Source: Nitrospirales bacterium
GTDB taxonomy: Bacteria; Nitrospirota; Nitrospiria; Nitrospirales; UBA8639
Length of the DNA: 64,000 nucleotides
Assembly (NCBI GenBank): GCA_965203295.1
Contig: CBDBCZ010000015.1
Location: 992,001 to 1,056,000 of the forward strand
Direction: 5' to 3'
The position numbers and the translations under genes are program-made. Under the pieces are notes generated by a model that saw only the letters and a program-made list of their open reading frames with translations, did no database searches and had not been told where the DNA came from. Below, one piece after another: positions 10,606 to 20,689 of this stretch; the stretch's first letter is position 1, and each line of letters opens with the position of its first letter.

Positions 10606-13600
10606 AGGAAGTATCGATGTTCAAGAAAGGAACTGGTTATTCAAAGGCCGGTTTAGTTTGGTTGATGTTAGTCTGAATAATATTAAGAAAGAGGAATTTT
10701 ACTCAAAAATTGTTATTTTTTTTGTCTCTGGCAAAGACTTTAAGCCAAAGTAACTAGCTACCATTGAACTGACCCTTTCCAACTTTTTAGGAAACGAACT
10801 GGTTATTCAAAGGCTAGTTTAGTTTGAATGATGTTAGTCAAATACAATACATTCTTAAGAAGTATCGATGTTCAAGAAAGGAACTGGTTATTCAAAGGCT
10901 TGTTTAGTTTGGTTGATGTTAGTCTGCAGATTAGGAAAGAAGTATTTTATAGAAAATTGTTAGTTTTGTTGGTCTCTAGCAAAGACTTTGAGCCAAAGAA
11001 ACTAGCTACCATTGATCTGACCCTTCCCAACTTTTTAGGAAAAGAACTGGTTATTCAAAGGCTTGTTTAGTTTAAATGATGTTAGTCGGATTCAATACAT
11101 GCTTAGGAAGTATCGATGTTCAAGAAAGGAACTATTTATTCAAAGGCTTGTTTAGTTTGGTTGATGTTTGTCTGAAGATTAGGAAAGAAGGATTTATTGA
11201 AAATTGTTAGTTTTGTTGGTCTCTAGCAAAGACTTTAAGCCAAAGTAACAAGCTACCATTGATCTGACCCTTCCCAACTGTTTAGGAAAAGAACTTGTTA
11301 TTCAAAGGCTTGTTTAGTTTGCTTGATGTTAGTCTGAAGATTAAGAAAGAAGGATTTTATTGAAAATTGTTAGTTTCGTTGGTCTCTAGCAAAGACTTTA
11401 AGCCTAAGTAACTAGCTACCATTTATCAGACCCTTCGGAACTGTTTAGAAAAAGAACTGGTTATTCAAAGGCCTGTTTAATTTTGTTGATGTTAGCCTGA
11501 ATATTAGGAAAGAAGGATTGTATTGAAAATTGTTAGTTTTGTTGGTCTCTAGCAAAGACTTTAAGCCAAAGTCACTAGCTACCATTGATCTGGCCCTTCC
11601 CAACTGTTTAGAAAAAGAACTGGTTATTAAAAGGTTAGTTTAGTTTGAATGATGTTAGTCAAATACAATACATGCTTAAGAAGTATCAATGTTCAAGAAA
11701 GGAACTGGTTATTCAAAGGCTTGTTTAATTTGGTTGATGTTATTCTTAAGATTAGGAAAAAGGATTTTATTGAAATTTGTTAGTTTTGTTGGTCTCTAGC
11801 AAAGACTATGAGCCAAAGTAACTAGCTACCATTGATCTGACCCTTCGCAACTGTTTAGGAAAAGAACTGGTTATTCAAAGGCTTGATTAGTTTTAATGAT
11901 GTTAGTCGGATACAATACATGTTTAGGAAGTATCGATGTTCAAGAAAGGAACTGGTTATTCAAAGGCTTGTTTAGTTTGGTTGATGTTAGTCTGAAGATT
12001 AGGAAAGAAGGATTTTATTTAAAATTGTTAGTTTTGTTGGTCTCTTGCAATGACTTTAAGCCAAAGTTACTAGCTACCATTGATCTGACCTTTCCGAACT
12101 ATTTAGAAAAAGTGCTGGTTATTCAAAGGCTTGTTTGTTTGAATGATATTAGTCAGATACAATACATGCTTAGGAAGTATCAATGTTTAAGAAAGGAAGT
12201 GGTAATTCAAAGGCTTGTTTAGTCTGGTTGATGTTTGTCTGAAGATTAGTAAAGAAGAATTTCAATGAAAATTGTTAGTTTTGTTGGTCTCTAGCAAAGA
12301 CTTTAAGCCAAAGTAACTTGCTACCATTTATCTGACCCTTCCCAACTGTTTAGAAAAAGAGCTGGTTATTCAAAGGACTGTTTAGTTTGGTTGATTTTAG
12401 TCTGAAGATTAGGAAAGAAAGATTTTATTGATGTTAGTCGGATACAATACATGTTTTAGAAGTGTCGATGTTCAAGAAAGGAACTGGTTATTCAAAGGCT
12501 TGTTTAGTTTGAATGAATTTAGTCAGATACAATACATGCTTAGGAAGTCTCGATGTTCAAGAAAGGAACTGGTTATTCCAAGGCTTGTTTAGTTTGCTTG
12601 ATGTTAGTCTGCAAATTAGGAAAGAAGTATTTTATTGAAAATCGTTAGTTTTGTTGGTCTCTAGCAAAGACTTTGAGCCAAAGTAACTAGCTACCATTGA
12701 TCTGACCCTTCCCAACTGTTTAGAAAAAGAACTGGTTATTCAAAGGCTTGTTTAGTTTGAATGATGTTAGTCAAATACAATACATGCCAAGGAAGTATCG
12801 ATGTTCAAGAAAGGAACTGGTTATTCAAAGGCCGGTTTAGTTTGGTTGATGTTAGTCTGAATAATATTAAGAAAGAGGAATTTTACTCAAAAATTGTTAT
12901 TTTTTTTGTCTCTGGCAAAGACTTTAAGCCAAAGTAACTAGCTACCATTGAACTGACCCTTTCCAACTTTTTAGGAAACGAACTGGTTATTCAAAGGCTA
13001 GTTTAGTTTGAATGATGTTAGTCAAATACAATACATTCTTAAGAAGTATCGATGTTCAAGAAAGGAACTGGTTATTCAAAGGCTTGTTTAGTTTGGTTGA
13101 TGTTAGTCTGCAGATTAGGAAAGAAGTATTTTATAGAAAATTGTTAGTTTTGTTGGTCTCTAGCAAAGACTTTGAGCCAAAGAAACTAGCTACCATTGAT
13201 CTGACCCTTCCCAACTTTTTAGGAAAAGAACTGGTTATTCAAAGGCTTGTTTAGTTTAAATTATGTTAGTCGGATTCAATACATGCTTAGGAAGTATCGA
13301 TGTTCAAGAAAGGAACTATTTATTCAAAGGCTTGTTTAGTTTGGTTGATGTTTGTCTGAAGATTAGGAAAGAAGGATTTATTGAAAATTGTTAGTTTTGT
13401 TGGTCTCTAGCAAAGACTTTAAGCCAAAGTAACAAGCTACCATTGATCTGACCCTTCCCAACTGTTTAGGAAAAGAACTTGTTATTCAAAGGCTTGTTTA
13501 GTTTGCTTGATGTTAGTCTGAAGATTAAGAAAGAAGGATTTTATTGAAAATTGTTAGTTTCGTTGGTCTCTAGCAAAGACTTTAAGCCTAAGTAACTAGC

Positions 13601-14985
13601 TACCATTTATCAGACCCTTCGGAACTGTTTAGAAAAAGAACTGGTTATTCAAAGGCCTGTTTAATTTTGTTGATGTTAGCCTGAATATTAGGAAAGAAGG
13701 ATTGTATTGAAAATTGTTAGTTTTGTTGGTCTCTAGCAAAGACTTTAAGCCAAAGTCACTAGCTACCATTGATCTGGCCCTTCCCAACTGTTTAGAAAAA
13801 GAACTGGTTATTAAAAGGTTAGTTTAGTTTGAATGATGTTAGTCAAATACAATACATGCTTAAGAAGTATCAATGTTCAAGAAAGGAACTGGTTATTCAA
13901 AGGCTTGTTTAATTTGGTTGATGTTATTCTTAAGATTAGGAAAAAGGATTTTATTGAAATTTGTTAGTTTTGTTGGTCTCTAGCAAAGACTATGAGCCAA
14001 AGTAACTAGCTACCATTGATCTGACCCTTCGCAACTGTTTAGGAAAAGAACTGGTTATTCAAAGGCTTGATTAGTTTTAATGATGTTAGTCGGATACAAT
14101 ACATGTTTAGGAAGTATCGATGTTCAAGAAAGGAACTGGTTATTCAAAGGCTTGTTTAGTTTGGTTGATGTTAGTCTGAAGATTAGGAAAGAAGGATTTT
14201 ATTTAAAATTGTTAGTTTTGTTGGTCTCTTGCAATGACTTTAAGCCAAAGTTACTAGCTACCATTGATCTGACCTTTCCGAACTATTTAGAAAAAGTGCT
14301 GGTTATTCAAAGGCTTGTTTGTTTGAATGATATTAGTCAGATACAATACATGCTTAGGAAGTATCAATGTTTAAGAAAGGAAGTGGTAATTCAAAGGCTT
14401 GTTTAGTCTGGTTGATGTTTGTCTGAAGATTAGTAAAGAAGAATTTCAATGAAAATTGTTAGTTTTGTTGGTCTCTAGCAAAGACTTTAAGCCAAAGTAA
14501 CTTGCTACCATTTATCTGACCCTTCCCAACTGTTTAGAAAAAGAGCTGGTTATTCAAAGGACTGTTTAGTTTGGTTGATTTTAGTCTGAAGATTAGGAAA
14601 GAAAGATTTTATTGATGTTAGTCGGATACAATACATGTTTTAGAAGTGTCGATGTTCAAGAAAGGAACTGGTTATTCAAAGGCTTGTTTAGTTTGAATGA
14701 ATTTAGTCAGATACAATACATGCTTAGGAAGTCTCGATGTTCAAGAAAGGAACTGGTTATTCCAAGGCTTGTTTAGTTTGCTTGATGTTAGTCTGCAAAT
14801 TAGGAAAGAAGTATTTTATTGAAAATCGTTAGTTTTGTTGGTCTCTAGCAAAGACTTTGAGCCAAAGTAACTAGCTACCATTGATCTGACCCTTCCCAAC
14901 TGTTTAGAAAAAGAACTGGTTATTCAAAGGCTTGTTTAGTTTGAATGATGTTAGTCAAATACAATACATGCCAAGGAAGTATCGA
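10606..14985 (+). repeat. Tandem duplication with 2184-bp period; older partial paralog at ~5600-8700
   Basis: Identical spurious ORFs at 10828/13012 and 11896/14080 (offset 2184). Marker GTCTGAATAATATTAAGAAAGAGG occurs at ~6352, 10671 and 12855. CCAAGGAAG occurs at 12787/14971. Confidence 0.9.
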
Positions 14986-16804
14986 AGTTCAAGAAAGGAA
15001 CTGGTTATTCAAAAGCTTGTTTAGTTTGGTTGATGTTAGTCTGAAGATTAGGAAAGAAGGTTTTTATTCAAAAATTGTTAATTTTGTTGGTCTCTGGCAA
15101 AGACTTTAAGCCAAGGTATTCAAGGGCTTTTTTTGTTTCGTTGATGTTAGTCTGAAGATTAGGAAAGAAGGATTTTAATGAAAATTATTAGTTTTGTTGG
15201 TCTCTAGCAAAGACTTTAAACCAAAGTTACTAGCTACCTTTAATCTGACCCTTCCCAACTGTTTAGAAAAAAGAGCTGGTTTTTCAAAAGCTTGTTTAGT
15301 TTGAATGATGTTAGTCTGAAGATTAGAAAAGAAGGATTTTATTGAAAATTGATAGTTTTGTTGGTCTCTAGCAAAGACTTTAAGCCAAAGTACCTAGCTA
15401 CCATTTATCTGACCCTTCCCAACTGTTTAGAAAAAGAACTGTTTTTTCAAAGGCCTGTTTAGTTTCGTTGATTTTAGCCTGAAGATTAAGAAGGAAGGAT
15501 TTTATTGATAATTGTTAGTTTTGTTGGTCTCTTGCAAAGACTTTAAGCCAAAGTAATTGGCTACCATTTATCTGATCCTTCCCAACTATTTAGAAAAAGA
15601 GCTGGTTATTCAAAGGCTTGTTTAGTTTGAATGTTATTAGTCAGATACAATACATGCTTAGGAAGTATCAATGTTCAAGATAGGAACTGGTTATTCAATG
15701 GCTTGTTTAGTTTGGTTGATGTTACTCTGAAGATTAGGAAAGAAGGATTTTATTGAAAATTTTTATTTTGTTGGTCTCAGGCAAATACTTTCACACAAAG
15801 TAACTAGCTACCATTGATCTGACCCTTCCCAACTGTTTAGGAAAAGAACTTGTTATTCAAAGGCTTGTTTAGTTTGAGTGATTTTAGTCAGATACAATAC
15901 ATGCTTAGGAAGTATCGATGTTCAAGAAAGGAACTGGTTATTCAAATGCTTATTTAGTTTGCTTGATGTTAGTCTGCAGATTAGGAAAGAAGTATTTTAT
16001 ATAAAATCGTTAGTTTTGTTTGTCTCTAGCAAAGACTTTGAGCCAAAGTAACTAGCTACCATTGATCTGACCCTTCCCAACTGTTTAGGGAAAGAACTGG
16101 TTATTCAAAGGCTTGATTAGTTTTAATGATGTTAGTCGGATACAATACATGTTTAGGAAGTGTAGATGTTCAAGAATGGAACTGGTTATTCAAAGGCTTG
16201 TTTAGTTTGGTTGATGTTAGTCTTAAGATTAGGAAAGAAGGATTTTATTGAAAATTGTTAGTTTTGTTGGTCTCAGGCAAAGACTTTCAGCCAAAGTAAC
16301 TAGCTACCATTGATCTGACCCTTCCTAACTGTTTAGGAAAAGAACTGGTTATTCAAAGAAGGCTTGTTTAGTTTGAATGATGTTAGTCTGAAGATTAGGA
16401 AAGAAGGATTTTATTGAAAATTGTTAGTTTTGTTGGTCTCTAGCAAAGACTTTAAGCCAAAGTAACTAGCTACCATTTATCTGACCCTTTCCAACTGTTT
16501 AGAAAAAGAACTGGTTATTCAAAGGCCTGTTTAGTTTTGTTGATGTTAGCCTGAAGATTAGGAAAGTAGGATTTTATTGAAAATTGTTAGTTTTGTTGGT
16601 CTCTAGCAAAGACTTTCAGCCAAAGTAACTGGCTACCATTGATCTGACCCTTCCAAACTGTTTAGGAAAAGAACCTGTTATTCAAAGGCTTGTTTAGTTT
16701 GAATGATGTTAGTCAGATACAATACATGCTTAGGAAGTATCGCTGTTCATGAAAGGAACTGGTTATTCAAAGGCTTGATTAGTTTTAATGATGTTAGTCG
16801 GATA

Positions 16805-17384
16805 CCGTAAACTCTGATAAATAACCGGGGACGGTTATAATTAGAATTTGCAGCCTCAGTGGGCGGTTACTTTTACATGGGCGGGTATAATCACAGATCG
16901 GTTATTTTTGCAAAACAACCGTTAATAGCGTGGCAGATTTACAGAAACATATCCTACGCTGAGATCAGCCCGGTAGATGTGAGGTAGGAAGCCTTCAGGC
17001 AGGCTAACTGAACGAGCTCCATAGCGTTACCTTAGCTACCGTAGCTTAGTCTTGTTCCCAGAACCCTTCACTAATCATAGCTAGGGTTTTCTCGCTACGA
17101 CTAACGCCGACTTTTTGGTTTTCCCAGTCTGATTCTCGTCGCTATTCTGTACAGTCGTGTTTTACGTATTAGCTGCATGCTCTGCTTGCTATAGACATTC
17201 ACACGCGCAAACGCTATTAATTTTACAGATTCAATTTCCTGCCTGGGCTGCACGTGCAAATTATGGGCGGTTATGTTTACATAGAAGGTTTTACACGCGA
17301 GTAAACTGTTGTTGTAGTAAATTGATCGGTTATACTAGAGGGGCGGTTACCTTTAAGGGGGCGGTTATTTATCAGATTTTACGA
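16805..17384. mobile_element. Non-autonomous Tc1/mariner-superfamily MITE with Tc2/pogo-like CCGTA ends, 580 bp
   Basis: Left end is CCGTAAACTCTGATAAATAACCG (16805-16827). Right end is CGGTTATTTATCAGATTTTACGA (17362-17384), reverse complement TCGTAAAATCTGATAAATAACCG, a 21/23 match. TA flanks both sides (16803-16804, 17385-17386). Removing the element plus one TA restores the B monomer GTCGGATACAATACATGTTTAGG. No transposase ORF. TA duplication is the hallmark of Tc1/mariner, and CCGTA termini are typical of the Tc2 group. Confidence 0.9.
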
Positions 17385-20283
17385 TACAATACATGTTTAG
17401 GAAGTGTCGATGTTCAAGAAAGGAACTGGTTATTCAAAGGCTTGTTTAGTTTGGTTGATGTTACTCAGAAGATTCGGAAAGAAGCATTTTATTTAAAATT
17501 GTTTGTTGTTGTTGGTCTCAGGCAAATACTTTCAGCCAAAGTAACTGGCTACCATTGATCTGACCCTTCCCAACTGTTTAGGAAAAGAACTTGTTATTCA
17601 AAGGCTTGTTTAGTTTGAATGATGTTAGTCAGATACAATACATGCTTAGGAAGTATCGATGTTCATGAAAGGAACTGGTTATTCAAATGCTTATTAAGTT
17701 TTCTTGATGTTAGTCTGCAGATTAGGAAAGAAGTATTTTATAGAAAATCATTAGTTTTGTTTGTCTCTAGCAAAGACTTTGAGCCAAAGTAACTAGCTAC
17801 CATTGATCTGACCCTTCCCAACTGTTTAGGAAAAGAACTGGTTATTCAAAGGCTTGATTAGTTTTAATGATGTTAGTCGGATACAATACATGTTTAGGAA
17901 GTGTAGATGTTCAAGAATGGAACTGGTTATTCAAAGGCTTGTTTAGTTTGGTTGATGTTAGTCTTAAGATTAGGAAAGAAGGATTTTATTGAAAATTGTT
18001 AGTTTTGTTGGTCTCAGGCAAAGACTTTCAGCCAAAGTAACTAACTACCATTGATCTGACCCTTCCTAACTGTTTAGGAAAAGAACTGGTTATTCAAAGG
18101 CTTGTTTAGTTTGAATGATGTTAGTCTGAAGATTAGAAAAGAAGGATTTTATTGAAAATTGTTAGTTTTGTTGGTCTCAGGAAAATACTTTCAGCCAAAG
18201 TAACTGGCTACCATTGATCTGACCCTTCCCAACTGTTTAGGAAAAGAACTTGTTATTCAAAGGCTTGTTTAGTTTGAATGATGTTAGTCAGATACAATAC
18301 ATGCTTAGGAAGTATCGATGTTCAAGAAAGGAACTGGTTATTCAAAGGCTTGTTTAGTTTGCTTGATGTTAGTCTGCAGATAAGGAAAGAAGTATTTTAT
18401 AGAAAATCTGTAGTTTTGTTGGTCTCTAGCAAAGACTTTGCGCCAAAGTAACTAGCTACCTTTGATCTGACCCTTCCCAGCTGTTTAGGATAAGAACTGG
18501 TTATTCAAAGGCTTGATTAGTTTTAATGTTAGTCGAATACAATACATGTTTAAGAAGTGTCAATGTTCAAGAAAGGAACTGGTTTTTCAAAGGCTTGTTT
18601 AGTTTGGTTGATGTTAGTCTGAAGATTAGGAAAGAAGGATTTTATTGAAAATTGTTAGTTTTGTTGGTCTCAGGCAAAGACTTTCAGCCAAAGTAACTAG
18701 CTACCATTCATCTGACCCTTCCTAACTGTTTATGAAAAGAACTGGTTATTCAAAGGCTTGTTTAGTTTGAATGATGTTAGTCTGAAGATTAGGAAAGAAG
18801 GATTTTATTGAAAATTGTTAGTTTTGTTGGTCTCTAGCAAAGACTTTAAGCCAAAGTAACTAGCTACCATTTATCTGACTCTTCCCAACTGTTTAGAAAA
18901 AGAACTGGTTATTCAAAGGCCTGTTTAGTTTCGTTGATTTTAGCTTTAAGATTAAGAATGAAGGATTTTATTGATAATTGTTAGTTTTGTTGGTCTCTTG
19001 CAAAGACTTTAAGCCATAGTAACTGGCTACCATTGATCTGATCCTTCCTAACTATTTAGAAAAAGAGCTGGTTATTCAAAGGCTTGTTTTGTTTAAATGA
19101 TATTAGTCAGATACAATACATGCTTAGGAAGTATCAATGTTCAAGAAAGGAACTGGTTATTCAAAGGCTTGTTTAGTTTGGTTGATGTTAGTCTGAAGAT
19201 TAGGAAAGAAGGATTTTATTGAAAATTGTTAGTTTTTTTGGTCTCAGGCAAATACTTTCAGCCAAAGTAACTGGCTACCATTGATCTGACCCTTCCCAAC
19301 TATTTAGGAAAATATCTTGTTATTCAAAGGCTTGTTTAGTTTGAATGATGTTAGTCAGATACAATACATGCTTAGGAAGTATCGATGTTCAAGAAAGGAA
19401 CTGGTTATTCAAATGCTTATTTAGTTAGCTTGATGTTAGTCTGCAGATTAGGAAAGAAGTATTTTATAGAAAATCGTTAGTTTTGTTGGTCTCTAGCAAA
19501 GACTTTGAGCCAAAGTAACTAGCTACCATTGATCTGACCCTTCCCAACTGTTTAGGAAAAGAACTGGTTATTCAAAGGCTTGATTAGTTTTAATGAATTT
19601 ATTCGGATACAATACATGTTTAGGAAGTGTCGATGTTCAAGAAAGGAACTGGTTATTCAAAGGCTTGTTTAGTTTGGTTGATGTTAGTCTTAAGATTAGG
19701 AAAGAAGGATTTTATAGAAAATCGTTAGTTTTGTTGGTCTCTAGCAAAGACTTTGAGCCAAAGTAACTAGCTACCATTGATATTACCCTTCCCAGCTGTT
19801 TAGGAAAAGAACTGGTTATTCAAAGGCTTGATTAGTTTTAATGATGTTAGTCGAATACAATACATGTTTAACCCTTTGGCTTCCGAGAGCGCCAAATGGC
19901 GCTCTTAAAATGCCTGGTCTTATCAGCTACGTAGTGCCGCGTAGTACGCAGCAACCACAACGATTATATCCTGTTTACTTTGCGCATGTATTGACCTCTT
20001 TACTGATATATATTTTATTAATATTCATAACTTCCTGTACGGATATAACAACCACAAAAATGTCGCTCTCGTGCGCTAATACGCTAGTCCGCGCTGCAAC
20101 TTGTCTGTTCGGTGCTTCCTTCTGGTCTTCTCAGTTTCTGTAGGTTCTCTGTGTCTGTAACCCGTCTGTGCATCTCCAGAGACAATTCTATACTGTAGCT
20201 ACTGCCTATCAGTCATCATACTCCGTGCTTTAGCTAACTACCGTGCTCAGCCTGAAAATCACAAGCTTACAACGCTTTTACAA

Positions 20284-20316
20284 GTCACGTGACCTAACAC
20301 GTGTTTCCATGGCAAC
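20284..20316. promoter_or_regulatory. Putative transcription-factor motif cluster: two palindromic E-boxes plus an RFX X-box
   Basis: GTCACGTGAC (20284-20293), AACACGTGTT (20296-20305), and GTTTCCATGGCAAC (20303-20316, fits GTTNCCATGGNAAC). These are motif matches only; function is not shown. Confidence 0.4.
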
Positions 20317-20329
20317 GCATCGTGCCTAG

Positions 20330-20371
20330 CGCCTCAGGGGATTCGCCTCAGGGGATTTCCCTCAGGGCATT
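20330..20371 (+). repeat. 3 x 14-bp tandem repeat inside the piggyBac MITE
   Basis: CGCCTCAGGGGATT / CGCCTCAGGGGATT / TCCCTCAGGGCATT. Confidence 0.9.
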
Positions 20372-20689
20372 CTACAGTGCAGTAGGGCCTAGCAGGAGAC
20401 AGTAATAATTCAGATTACTGGAGGTAAGCTCACAGACTAAAATAATATTCACAAATCTAGGAAGCCAAAGGGTTAAGAAGTGTCGATGTTCAAGAAAGGA
20501 ACTGGTTATTCAAAGGCTTGTTTAGTTTGGTTGATGTTTGTCTGAAGATTAGGAAAGAAGGATTTTATTGAAAATTGTTAGTTTTGTTGGTCTCAGGTAA
20601 AGACTTTCAGCCAAAGTAACTAGCTACCATTCATCTGACCCTTCCTAACTGTTTAGGAAAAGAACTGGTTATTCAAAGGCTTGTTTAGT

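Larger units (their letters stand above)
19872..20472. mobile_element. Non-autonomous piggyBac-type MITE, 601 bp
   Basis: TTAA (19868-19871), then CCCTTTGGCTTCC ... GGAAGCCAAAGGG (20460-20472), then TTAA (20473-20476). The TIR is a perfect 13 bp (16/17 if extended) with CCC/GGG termini. Excision restores TACATGTTTAAGAAGTGTC, which is seen uninterrupted at ~18543-18561. No transposase ORF. Confidence 0.93.

Noticed and set aside
17030..17050. TAGCTACC in the Tc2-like MITE matching the satellite A body, suggesting the satellite derives from the MITE
   Set aside because: It is only an 8-bp match with no flanking similarity, as expected by chance.
17157..17558. 133-aa ORF
   Set aside because: It starts at a non-ATG codon inside the Tc2-like MITE and runs across the TIR into satellite; no transposase motifs.
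19841..20143. 100-aa ORF
   Set aside because: It starts in satellite and crosses the TTAA/TIR junction into the MITE, so it is a junction artefact with no piggyBac transposase similarity that I can see.
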